From Candidatus Omnitrophota bacterium (GTDB lineage: Bacteria; Omnitrophota; Omnitrophia; Omnitrophales; Aquincolibacteriaceae), in the NCBI GenBank assembly GCA_041674705.1, contig JBAYVF010000008.1, positions 1 through 62,858 of the forward strand: a stretch of 62,858 nucleotides of DNA. Direction: 5' to 3'. The notes below the pieces were generated by a model that saw nothing but the letters and a program-made list of their open reading frames with translations, was not told where the DNA came from and made no database searches. Numbering within the stretch: the stretch's first letter is position 1; every line of letters begins with the position of its first letter. The position numbers and the translations under genes were made by a program. Below, one piece after another: positions 36,597-49,000 of this stretch.

Positions 36597-36787
36597 TGGA
36601 TTTCCCTAATCCACGCGCCGCAGTGCTTGCGCGTTGGGCGCAAGCGCAGTCGGCGTAATGGATTTCCCTAATCCACGCGCCGCAGTGCTTGCGCGTTGGG
36701 CGCAAGCGCAGTCGGCATAATGGATTCCCCTAATCCACGCGCCGCAGTGCTTGCGCTGCGCATTGGGCGCAAGCGCAGTCGGCGTAA
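36585..36787 (+). repeat. Tandem repeat: units of 62, 62 and 67 bp plus a terminal 12-mer, each starting with the last codons of G2
   Basis: CAGTCGGC(G/A)TAA at 36585, 36647, 36709 and 36776. Each unit holds hairpins TGGATT..AATCCA and GCTTGCGC..GCGCAAGC. Confidence 0.95.
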
Positions 36788-36988
36788 TTCAGGCCACAGG
36801 CAACAGACTGCAGTTTAAAGCGTTTTCGATCTATCTATATCTTTCAGCCCTGTGCCTCAATGAAAGCTCTCTATTGATCAAACTTGATAGAATCTGCCGC
36901 TTAAAGTTGTCCACTCAAAGCCACGAAATACCCGCGCCCGTTCACCCCTCCAGGCTATAATTTTTAAAATTTATATGTGTCCTATCTC

Positions 36989-37016
36989 TTGACTGGCGAA
37001 GGAGATGTGTTACATT
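36989..37016 (+). promoter_or_regulatory. Putative sigma70 promoter for G3
   Basis: TTGACT-16 nt-TACATT with an extended -10 TG. SD AAGGAG lies 9 nt before the TTG at 37080. Confidence 0.55.
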
Positions 37017-37079
37017 TTCGGCATGGATTTGTTGCTTCGAAAACAGTAAAAATATCCTTTAAGAAAGGAGCCGTCGGTT

Positions 37080-40000
37080 TTGAGAACCTCGAGTAAAACT
37101 CTCAGGGTCATCAGTTTTTTGACGGCATCCTGCTTTCTGATCACCTCGATTAGCTGGGCCTCTCCGGAAGGCATGGGCGTGTCCCGAGCGATCACAAATC
37201 CCGAGCTTCCTTTCGTCGGCGGGTTCCAAATTCCCGAGCAGTTGGGTTCGGTAAACGAAGTTTACCGCGTTGAGCGGGGAACGGGGAACGGAGAACGCAA
37301 CGACGAAAATGTTTCCCGTTCCCCGTTTGCCGTTTCCCGGTACGACCGCATGGTCGTGCTCATCGAAAACGCCCACGCGAATTACGGCGCGCAGGTCAAG
37401 GTCCGGGAGCTTCTCCGCTACCTGGACAAAACCTACGGCATCAAGACGGTCTTTGTTGAAGGCGCGGCCGAAAAGCTCGATCCTTCCTCGCTCCAATTTT
37501 TTCCTGAAAAAGAAAAGAATCTTAAGCTTGCGGAGTATCTTGCGCAGGAAGGGATCCTGAGCGGGGCGGGGCTCTATCTTGCGGAAGATCCCAAGGGTGT
37601 GGAAGGCCTGCCGCTTGAAGATATAAAACTCTACCGCGCCAATTACGAGGCCCTCAAAAAAGTATTCTCGGCCGGAACTTCAATGGATCGCGGCCTGGAG
37701 ACTATGGAAGCGCGTCTCGGGAAACTTTCCTCCAAAACCCTCTCACCGGAACTCAGGAAAACGCTTGAGGAATGGCAGCGCTTTGAAAAAGGACGGCGGG
37801 AATTTCTGCCTTTTACCGGCCGGCTCGTGGTGCAGGCCAAAGAAGTCCTTCATCTGGACATGCAGAATGCCTACAGCCAGCTCGAGTGGCCTCAGATGGT
37901 CCGATTGCTCGCGCTCCAGAAGATGGAAAAAAAGATCGATCCCGCCAAAGTCCGCGAGGAACGAACGCGCCTTGTGCGTTTTCTAAAAGAGAAGCGTGTT
38001 TCCGAGGGAACGATCCTGTCGCTTGAGCAAGCATTTGGTGAGACTCCGGCGGACCCGAAGCTGGATCTCCGTGCTGTTTTCGAATCCTTCGTGACGGATG
38101 CACGGGCCAAAGGGCTGCTTCTCAAGGATTGGCCTTCTTTTACGGCTTATGCCGCACACCGCACGCTGCAGCAGGAGCTCGATGCCCCTGCCCTTTTTAA
38201 GGAGATCGGGCGCCTCTTTGCCGGGATCACGGATTCACTTGCGAAAACGGATCAAGAAAAAGCCCTCGTTCGGCTTCATCGCGATCTCACTCTTTTCTCG
38301 AAACTGCTTCATCTTGAATTGTCGAGGGATGAGTGCTCGGAACTATTGGCTCGCAAAATATCGCCCAAAAGATTGACGGATCAACTTAATCTGGCGCAAC
38401 GCGCAACGGCCAACGCGCAACGATTGACGAATTTCAAGACTGGCCCGTCATCCCCGAACGTTTTAATCGGGGATCAAGGTCTGGATTCCCGCTTTCGCGG
38501 GAATGACATGGAGGCGATCCATGCGAATGCTCTCGCTTTCTATTCCTTCGCCTCTCAGCGTGAAAAGGTTTTTTATGACAAGATCGATCGCGCGATGCGT
38601 GAGAAGGGGATCACGAAAGCGGTTGTCGTGACCGGCGGTTTTCATACGGAAGGCATGAGCCAGATCCTTCGCGAAAAAGGGGCGGGTTTTGCGGTCGTGA
38701 CGCCGCATATCTCGGAAACTTCCGATGCCCGTCTTTATAAAGATGCGATGCTTGGCAGGCGTAATGCTGTCATTGCGAGTCGCGAAGACGGCGAAGCAAT
38801 CTCGGCGATGCAACATTCAGATCCCAGTCAGTTCGCAGGAGCTTCTTTTCTCGATGCCGCCCAGCCCCAGCAATCTGCAGGCGTCGTGACCGCCCTCCGG
38901 GGCAGTTCCTATCGCTCCGACATCGCGGCCGGCCTTACCCAGATCACCGGCATCCATGATCCACAGCGAATCGCTGCCGTGATGAGCGTGAAACAAACTT
39001 CAGACCGCAAGTCGCAAGAAGTAGTAGGAATCTCGGATCTTCGGTCTTCATCCTCCGATCTTCAGTCTGGAAAAATTCGCGCCGAGGTGAGGAAAGATAA
39101 TGAGAAGGACAAAAAACCTGGTTCCTCGGACAAGGTCAAAAACTTCATAAAAAGCAAAATAACTCCCGATAAATTTTCCATTATCGATGATAATCGGAAC
39201 CACGCCGCCAAGAACATTCTGCAAGTCCTGGCCCGGGGGCAATTGCCCGTGGTGTTCCCGTACCAGATCCAGCTCGACCTAACTCAATTTTGTCCTTTTT
39301 GGGATGTCATCCAGCGGACGGGGAAGGGGTTCAAAGATTGTATCCATTGTGCCTTTCCGAGCAAGACAAGACGCCAGGTCGACCCCGCCATTCTGACCAA
39401 GATTCTGAAGAATTTCGAAGCGCACGGGGGCAAATCCATTTTTGTCACCGGCGGCGGTGAGCCCGGTGTCTACGAGTCCTGGCATGAATTTTTTAGTTTT
39501 TTGGCAGGTTCTCGATTAGGCCTGACGATGAACACCAATGGCCTGTTCGTTAAAAAACTGTTCAAGGAAGATCCCGATATTCTCCGGAAGGTTTTTTCGG
39601 AGGAAAAAGACCCCAGCGTGATCAGTATTTCGATCCATGGGGACTATGCGTATAAGTTGGTAACACAACTGAATGATATGCGTCAAAAGTTAGGGCTGAA
39701 CATCGTGATTCGTAACACCTATCTTGTTCATCCCGACACGCCCATTTCGGAACTCACCGAATTTCTCGAAAAAAGCCAGGGATCAGGGGCGGACATGGTT
39801 TCTTTTAAGCCGGAGCACGTTTTAAAAGGGGATCAGCGGGTCTTTTCCACGAATGAGGTGGCCTACCGCTTTATTCAGAATCTTCTTTACCAGCAAGCGG
39901 CTAAGGACAAGGGGATGCTCGAGCTGGCTCACCCCTACGATCTGGTGATCACGGCCATGAGGCCAAATCGCCTGAAGAACGATTTTGAATCCGTCCGTAC

Positions 40001-43000
40001 GATCTATCAGCGGCAGGTGGATACGGATCACGATCCTCTCTGCTTTGGGCCCTTGTGCAATTTGTACCTCAATACGGAGCTTCTTCTCGGTATGTGCTGT
40101 GATACTAAGGACAAAGGGATCGGGGGAACTCCGGCAGAGGTTTTTGCGGATTCTTTGTTCGTTCAGGATAAGCCGCAGGATTACTTTTTGGCCGCCATGC
40201 TCGGCATGATCAAGTTGAACCCCAAACACTGCATTGTGGGTTGTGGTTTTATGGAGCCCAATTTCACTTATCCCATGACGCTCGGGTTGAAATATTTAAC
40301 TGATACATTGAAGGCGTTAAGAACGGCATGGCGCAGAGGTGAAATAACCGAGGAACATATTAAGGAGCACTTGAAACAAGCATTCATTGAAAATGTTAAA
40401 GAGGCCGGTGATGCCAGCAACGAAAACTCCGCGCGGCGTGCCGAAGTGCGTTCCGCACCTCTTCTTCGAAGTCTGGAGGGATCCGATGCGAGAGGCCAAG
40501 CCTTGGCACAGATCGCCCAATATCTTGTGAGCCTTTTGAATTCTCAACCCCGATCCGAGGCGCGGGGAACAGTTTCAGAAGAAGTGCGGGCTTTTGATGC
40601 GAACGTGCAAAATGAAATAGAAAAGATTGAACGTAAGCTTCCTTCGGCCGATCTTGTGGTTCTCCTGCCTTTCTTTAATGAAATCCCGGAAGTAGCGGCT
40701 TTACCCGGAACAAAAGGTCAGCCGATCGATGTCCGGGAGTTGGTAAAAACAATCGGACGATCGTTGCCGGATGTCTTGAAACAGTATGGGCTGAAGCATG
40801 CTCTGGTTCTCTGTGTCGGCGAGACGAAGGGGAAAGGGGCAATGGACTCGCTTGAGGCGCTCACGCAAGGAATTCCCAAAGACAACGAATCTGTGAAGTT
40901 CGAAGTGTACGGAAAAGAAGGGGAATTTACGGGTAAAGGGCTGTCCGGAAAGAAATGGGCGACGAGGCTCGGGATGAAAGTCGCCGAGCGGTTGGGGGCC
41001 CACTTTGTTCTGATCGACAGCGATATGACGGTCGATCAAAATTGGCTTTCCCGATTCGTGGAGCCGGTCTTAGCGGGCCGCGTGGATTATGTCTCGCCCC
41101 ACTATGCTCGGTATTACAGCAAGGATGATATTTCGATCATTGATCATCTTGTGTTCCCGCTCTTTTCGTCCCTGTTTGGAGCACCGGTGAGAATGCCTAA
41201 TGCGGGTGAACTTGTCGCATCCAAAGACCTGATCGAAGGATATTTAAACGATGACGCCATCTGGACCGCGGCCTGGCCGTACGAAGAACAGTTTGCAGTT
41301 CGCGCGGTGGCGCAGGGGAAAAAGACTGCCAATGTCTGGATGGATGAGAAGATTCATAAGAAAGCTCCGATCGAAGGAAATTTATCGCCTTATTTGAAAG
41401 CCGCATTCGACGTTTTCGCACAGCAGATGACCGATCATCCGGATTGGTGGCGGTCCGCGAAAGAAACTAAAACAAGGGCGCCCCTCGAAGATAGCACGCT
41501 GCCGTTGGATCAAATGAATCGTCCCGCAAACGAACTGTATGGCGATCGGAGTTCTCAAATGGGTGGCCAGAACGGTATCGATCGATCCGCGTGGATCAAG
41601 ATCTTTAAAGATGAATATTCAGCGGTGAAAAACTGGTATCGGGACAACTTTCCAGAAACCGGCTCCGTTTTAGAGGGGCTGTTAAAGTCCTCAGATGAAG
41701 AATTCAGATTTTCTTCCAGGGATTGGGCGCAATTCGTCATGCAATTCATGCAGGGCTATAGGATCGCCAATGCTGATAGCCGTGCGGTGTATTTAAGCGC
41801 CTTCATTCCGGCTTTCCGGGCCCGCGTGGCCAGCTTCATCGGGGAGACGGAAAAACTGACGCTTCGCCAGGCCGAACAACAGCTTCGTGCCCAAGCTCAG
41901 GATTTTACTGATGCGAAGATGGTTGTTCTAGAGAATCAGCGAATGAGGATGAGGTACGATGACATCTTTTCTGGAGCTCTCGTAGCAAATGATTTTACCC
42001 TCGAAAGGCTTTTTGCCAATAAAGATCACTATCACGACGGGAAGCCGTTAAGCGGTGTTGCGGCAGCATTGTTATTCATGGCGACAAAACAAAAAGATTC
42101 GAAGCTGTTGACGAACAATATCCACGATCTCGTGAGGGAACTTACGGAAAGTCTCCGGCTCAAGTCAGGTGAAGTTTTCTGGACGCCTCAAACGGATCTT
42201 CATACGGCGATCGCGACCCCGAACAAAAAATTCCTGCCGGAACTTCCGGCCCAGACGTTTGACCCTGCGACGGTGGAAAAAATCCGGAAAACGGTCGCTT
42301 CGGCCGGTTCCTTTGATATCCGTTGGCAGGGGATCACGATGGGAGACAATGGCGTCATGATCCTTCAGGGTTTTATTTCAAACCCTGAGATCATCAAATT
42401 GCGGGCCGCGTTGGCTCAAGATTTCCCGAAGTCGGTATTTCCGGATGTTTTTATCCCGAACATTATCCACATGACTTTGGGGCGCTTTCGTGCGCCCATT
42501 GGCGCTGACCGGTACCGGAAACTTCTGGAGAAGGTCGCTGAACGTCGGAATCTTGAATTCGGGACATCTCATGTTGAAAATCTGAACTATGTTCGCGCCA
42601 CCCTCAAATCAGGGCAACAGATCGGTGAGGAATCGTACGTGCTCCTTCACGAGTTGCGACTGTCGACATCCCCTCGCTCCGAGATGCGGGTTGACGCTAG
42701 ATTTTCCGAAGGCAAGTTTTCCTCGGTTGCAATTACCGGTGCGAGTGGGGATCTTGGCGCGATGCTGGGACGTTATGTCGATTCCAAGGGCCATTTTGTC
42801 AGGGCCATGGTGCGGTCTGACAAAGGTAAACAGAAATATGAGGACAGGGCTTTGCGCGGTCTTCCGAACGACAGGTTTCTCCTGTTGGATATTTTGGACC
42901 GTGAAAAAATGAAAAGCATTATGGCGGAAAGTTCAGTGTTCTATCATCTGGCCGCTCTTGTGGGGCTCGGTAAAGACTCCAAAAGCTTCGCAGAGAATTT

Positions 43001-46000
43001 CAAGGTAAATGGCCTGGCCGCGGTCGGTCTGGTAAAGCTTGCGGAAGAGAATAACCCCGGCGTCCGTTTTATTTTTGCCTCAACTCAACGTGTTTGCGGG
43101 ATCGAGCAACTGCCGGCGGTCAACCGGTGGATTGACGGGGTCCTGCAGATGATCGAAGAAAATGACGCTCTTTTTCACGAAAAGAATTACGAGGTGGCGA
43201 TCGATCGGCTGATGGAGATTATTCTGCAAAAGCAGCCATTTCCCGAAGATGTTTATCCCTACGAACTGGGCAAGCTTCTGGTGGAACGGTATCTTGAAAA
43301 AAGCAGGTTGAAGCAGTTCATCTCCGTTCGCATCTCCAGTTTGTACGGCCCGGGAAATCTTTCGGGACGTAAAGTTCAGCGCATGATCGAAGCTCGCCTG
43401 AAGGGACAGACCATCACGGAACAGCGAGAAACGCGAGACTATATTAATACGCAGGACGCAGTTGAAATCATGTATCAATTGGGTGTGCGCGAAAAACTTC
43501 CCGTCGAGCATGTGATTGACCTGGCTTCCGGTGAAGAAGTTTCTGGTGAGGATATCTGGAAGATCATCGAGAGACACACACCAGAAGCGGACGGTAAAAT
43601 CGAGTGGAAGGGCGAGCCGGTTCCTGCGAACGTCCAATCCAATGAAATTGGCAGGAATATCTTGGGGAGGGATTTCGCCCACATCGAGACAGGGGTTCGG
43701 AACCAGATCGACGAAATTCGGCGCCGTCTTCCTTCCGCAGTAAAAAGACAAGGCCTCGTGCTGGTCATAGATGCTGGCGGCACATCGACCCGGATGGGTG
43801 TGTGGGACGGAGAAAAACTTACAGATCAGATCAAGGTCCCAACGATTAATTATGTCTCAGCTGAAGCTCAGGGCAAACCGATCGATCAAATGCAAGAGAT
43901 CTGGCTTGAAGCCCTTGCTCAGAAAATCCGAGAATACCGGGCACGGTACCCCCATATGCAAAGCATTTCAATGGGGTTCGCAGGACCTGTGGGCGAGGGA
44001 GGAGACCTTACCGAATCGGCGGTGATCTGGGGCCATGACAGGCATAAGATTTCTAATCCGGAGCTCCAGAAAAAGTGGGGATTGCCTGTGAAAGTCGTAA
44101 ACGATCTTACAGCTGCAGTCTACCGTTATGGGCGGTCCAAAAAATTCTCCGGAATGCGAACGATCGCTTTAATCACAGTCAGTAGCGGTATTGGATCCAA
44201 ATTGTTTGACGTAGTTCATGGGGAAGTGGTCATTGACCGCCAAGGCCGCGCCGGGGAGATTGGCCATACGATTGTTGATTACGCCGGAAACGCAATCTCG
44301 GGAGAGGGACTAAAGGGTGAATTGAACGCCTATGCCTCAGGCCGCGGTCTTTCGAATTTGGCAAAACGTTTGGTTGAGCAAAAGAAATTCAAGGTGCTTT
44401 ACGAAAGATCTTTCTTGAAAATGGATATCGAAAAGGTCGGCCAAAAGATTGAGAGCATCGATCGTGACCTTTTAACACGCTTGCTTGTGGAAGCGATCAA
44501 TAAAAAAGACGATTTCTCTATGCAAGTTATGAAAATCTCGATCACGTATTTGGTTCGTGTTGTCGGGCCTTTTATCTTGCAAAATGCGCCAGATGTCATT
44601 GTGTGGATGGGGAGCATCGCCGAGCATCTGGGACCTGTTTATCTGGACGAGGTGATCGATCAGCTTCTTAGTAAGGGGTTATATGGTTATACACGGGACG
44701 ATCTGAAAAAGATGTTCGCGATGGGAGAAAATGACGATGAGAATGGCCTTCGCGGAGCAGGGCTGATGGTATTTGACAAGCACGGTGAGGCGACGGAGAA
44801 GGTAGTCCATAATCCGGGATATGTCAGGGATAGCGTGGACCTTCGCGGACACGAGATGATCGAAGCCGTGGCTCCGAATGATTTGCAGCAGCGAAATTAT
44901 TTTACGGAGGGCGCTTTTGATGTCGAGAATCCCATCCTTGCTGATGTGCTCGAAAAACGTAACGTAATTTTTGTGGTAGAAAAGTCCGTCGCTGATAAGG
45001 TCCTTCAGCCTTTAAAGCAGTACATTCGACATTATCGTCTGGAAAAGAATATTAAAGGCGAGATCCAAGTCCTGGATGGCGGGGAAAAGATTAAAAGTGA
45101 CGAGCAGGTAAAAAATTTAACTGATTATGCGCAGGACCAAAAACTGGATCGTAACGGGATTTTCGTGGTCGTGGGTGGTGGGGCCGTTATGGATATGGTC
45201 GGGATGGTTGCTAACCAATTCCGGCGCGGGGTTCGATATGTTCGGATTCCCACGACGCTTTTGGCGCAGGTCGATGCCGCGGTCGGAGTCAAAGTCGGTA
45301 TAGATTATCGAACTGCTAAAAACTTTCTCGGGGCCTTTTATCCACCTTTTGCGACGATCACCGATACTCGTTTTCTTGAAACCCTGCCCGAGCGTCAGAT
45401 CCAAGGAGGCATTGCAGAGATCATCAAGGTAGCCCTTATTTCAAATCCTTCGCTTTTTGAAATTTTGGAAAAATACGGAACGAATTTTATCCGTGATATG
45501 CCAAAGGACGAGGAGCAGGCTTTTATCAAGGACGCCGCGGCTGAGCTTCTGAAGCATCTTCAAATGGATTTTTTCGAGCATAATCTGATGCGGCATGTCG
45601 ATTTTGGGCACGTTCTCGCTCACAAATTCGAATCGATGACGAACTATGAACTTTCTCACGGGGAAGCGGTCGCCATTGATATTCTCATGTCTTCTTACAT
45701 TGCCCGCGAACGCGGTCTATTGAGCGGCCAGGCTTTTCAGCGGATTTTAGCTTTGCATGGGAAGTTGAAGCTTCCATTTTATCACCCTGCCTTAAATCCA
45801 AACCTTGCGTGGGAAGGGCTCGAAGAGGCCAAGGCGCACAAAGGCGGGCGCCTCATGATGGTAGTCCCTATCGAAATTGGCCAGACTACTTTTATAGATT
45901 CCTTGCGACGCGATGAGTTGGATGCAGCGCTCGACTTTCTGCGACGACACCAGGAACAAGACGATGAAGAGCTGATGATCCATGAAATTAATGAAGATCA

Positions 46001-49000
46001 TCCGCCTGTGGAATTAAGGTATCTTCAGCAGTATTTGGAATCTCTTCCCTCAGACCCAATTTATTATCTAACAGAAATTAGTAATGTTCTCAACGATCTT
46101 TTGGGGCCATCCGTTCAAATGATCATCAACGTTGCAACGAACCAGCATTTGGATCCTGGAACGCGAGCCAAAGCTGCAGAAATGCTCGCAAAGTACGGTC
46201 TTCATACGGATCGTAATGGGAAAGCAATAAGCCTGAGCTCAATGGCTTCGCCGAACCTAAAAAATATAAAATTCAGGCGGCATGGCGAATCTTTTGTTCC
46301 AGACGTGCCAATTAAAGTGCAAGCCGATGAAGCTGTCGCGCAGCAGCTCCTAGATAAAGAGGCATTTGTTTTTGATATTGATGGGACGCTCATTTCTCGG
46401 AGGCTGGATCCTGAGATCGTCGAATTAATCATCGAGCTTCTTAAGCGAAACAAGACGGTTGTTTTTGCAACAGTGAGAGGGCTTACATTGGAAGATTATT
46501 ACGCTCATATCCAAAAAGGAGAAGGGCTCGGCATTCTCAAGAATATTTTTGAGCACCCTGATTTTAAGCCGGAAATGCTTTCCAAGATCTTTGCTTATAC
46601 GGATGTGGCAAGTTACAAATATGCTTTTCGCATGAAACCCGGTCATTTTCGTTCTGGATGGTTCAATGTCGAACCTTTTCCGGATAAAAAATTTACCGCT
46701 AAATATCGGCAAGCCAAGATTTTTTCGGAAGAAGATGCCATTCGTTTGAAAGAGATTAAAACATCGCTTTTAGAGATTGAGAACCGTTTTTCCAAAGAAT
46801 ACGGTTTTGCTAATCCTGATCAGGATTATGAGGGTTTTGTGCGTGGCGCTAAGATTCAGGAAGATGAAAAAGCGGTTCTTTATTTTCCACGGACAAAGCA
46901 GGGCGAAGTTGAGAATTGGAAGCTGAGGAGCATGCTTCAAAAGCTCAGGGATCGATTGGCGGAAAAATCTCCTAAGGAATTCGTCAAAGGGCTGACCTTC
47001 CGCGTTGTTTGGCGCAAGGGGATAGTTATTGCGAAGCAGAATAATCGGAAGAATGAAGCGCTTTTGGATCTTGAGGCGATGGGTTTTTCCAGGGACAAGC
47101 TTTGTTTTTTTGGGGATGACGTCGTAGCGGACGGGCTTGACCGTTTGGTTGCCGAGATTCCTGGGCTTATGGTTATATCAACTGCAGCGCCGATTCCCGG
47201 AGAGATTTCAATGTTTCAAATTGAAACCGAAACTTCGAAAAGCGGACCTGATCGAGTTAAGCGTATTATGAAAGCCTATCTCAACCTCGTTCAGCGGGGA
47301 ATGATCCGTTCCGAAGTTCGTCTTACCGATTCGGAAGTGAAGGAGTTTCTGGCCAACTGGGTTGTTGAGGGGCATCGGTTCAATCCTGATGAGCTCCAGC
47401 CGGTGAGCCGGGCTGTTTTTCTAAGTGAGGCGGAGAGCCTTGGAAGCGCCAATCCTGAATGGGTCCTGAGAAGTATCTTGGGGAAAACTTCCAGGGAAAA
47501 AATTTCTGCTGAAGAAGTTGAGCTTTTTCTTTACCAAGGGAAGGTGAGACCAGTCTCAATTCTTTACAAGCCGCGCATCCGGCCTGGGGATATCCAGCAT
47601 TCGAACCGGTTTAAAAAAGGTGTTCCTGTCACGTCAAGCAATCACCCGATCTCTCCGGTTATCGCGGAGAGCCTAGCTGCGGCACTTGTTGCGAAGATGC
47701 GCTCCCGTATCGATTTGAGCGAACATGCTAGAAAAGGTCTCTGTGTCCTCGGGAAATATACGGGAAGCTTGGTCCTCGGTAGTTTGGTAGCAAATCTTTT
47801 GAAACTGCCTTTTGTCACTCTTACGAAACGGTCTTATGCCTTTGATCTTCCCGCGAATAAAGAGATGGTTAAAATACCGGAGCCACATATGCCTCCAGAG
47901 AATCCGGAATATTTTTCCTACATGACTTTGCCTCACAACAGTCGTGTTCTTTTTGTCGACGATGAGATTACTTCAGGGGAGGTGGTGAAAAATACGTCTC
48001 AGGCGCTAAAGCAGAATCTGAACGCAGACATGGTGGGAGTTGGCGTGGCACTTGAATCTTCTCCGGCTGCGCGTCTGCGTCTTGAGGAGATGAATCTGCC
48101 ATATACCTCACTCGATCAGCTCAACGAAGGGGATCTGGCAGCTGCTGATAAAAAAAATAGTCCGACTCTTGTTCCTTTCCGAGAAGCGATACCCCTTGCA
48201 CTTCGAACTGAAGTGAAAAAATCGGAGAAATCATCCAGGGATATTAACGTGGAGTTCCTCAAAATGAATAATGGGGCCGTTTTTGCGGACCATCCATTTC
48301 GGGGAATGACACTCGGCTTAGATCCAGATCTCTCAGACCAGGTTGGAGAAAGGATTGCGGGAGAATTGGAAGAACAACTAGGCTCCCTGAGCGCCCTTCG
48401 GAAAAAATACTATGAAAGGGGAAGGACCTTATTCATGGTTGGCACGACCCCCAGCGGGATACTTGGGGCTTTGCCGGCCTCTCGTGTTACGCGACTTCCT
48501 CTTATCGGTGCTATGAACCGTCCCGAACCCAAGGATTATGATCAGCTCAATATGTCAGATGTGGTCAACTACATCGGGTTGGACGGATATGCTTACTCGA
48601 TGTTCGGCTTGACGGCTGGAGACGGGATTCTTCTCGTGACGGGGGAGCTCACGGATGGAGAAGAACAGATTCGGATCATTCAATCACTGAAACAAAAAGG
48701 GATTGATGTTCTCGGAGTTGTTTCCTTGATCGAAAATACACGGTACAGCGGGCGGGAAAGGATCAGGCAAAACGCCGGCGTCTTTGTAACTTCGCTTCAA
48801 CCCTACCAGGCCAAAGAAAATATTCCAGAAGTGAACGTGACAGATCGATCTTGGGCGGCTCTTAAGTATGCCGTCATGCTCTTAGAAGACGAGATCAAAA
48901 AAATCAACCCCGAGGCGTACTTGGATTCCATTCGTGTGCTTCCCAGTTCGTTAACCGGAAATTTCATGATCTCGGCAAGCGATCTTGATGAAGCTTATAT

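Noticed and set aside
36585-36787. CRISPR array
   Set aside because: Units are contiguous and near-identical with no unique spacers, and there are no cas genes in the window.
44830-45960. aroB (shikimate pathway) annotation
   Set aside because: The VDFGH/VAID signature and ROK/SDR neighbours fit a sedoheptulose-7-P cyclase-like enzyme better, and there is no aro context. No gene symbol was assigned.
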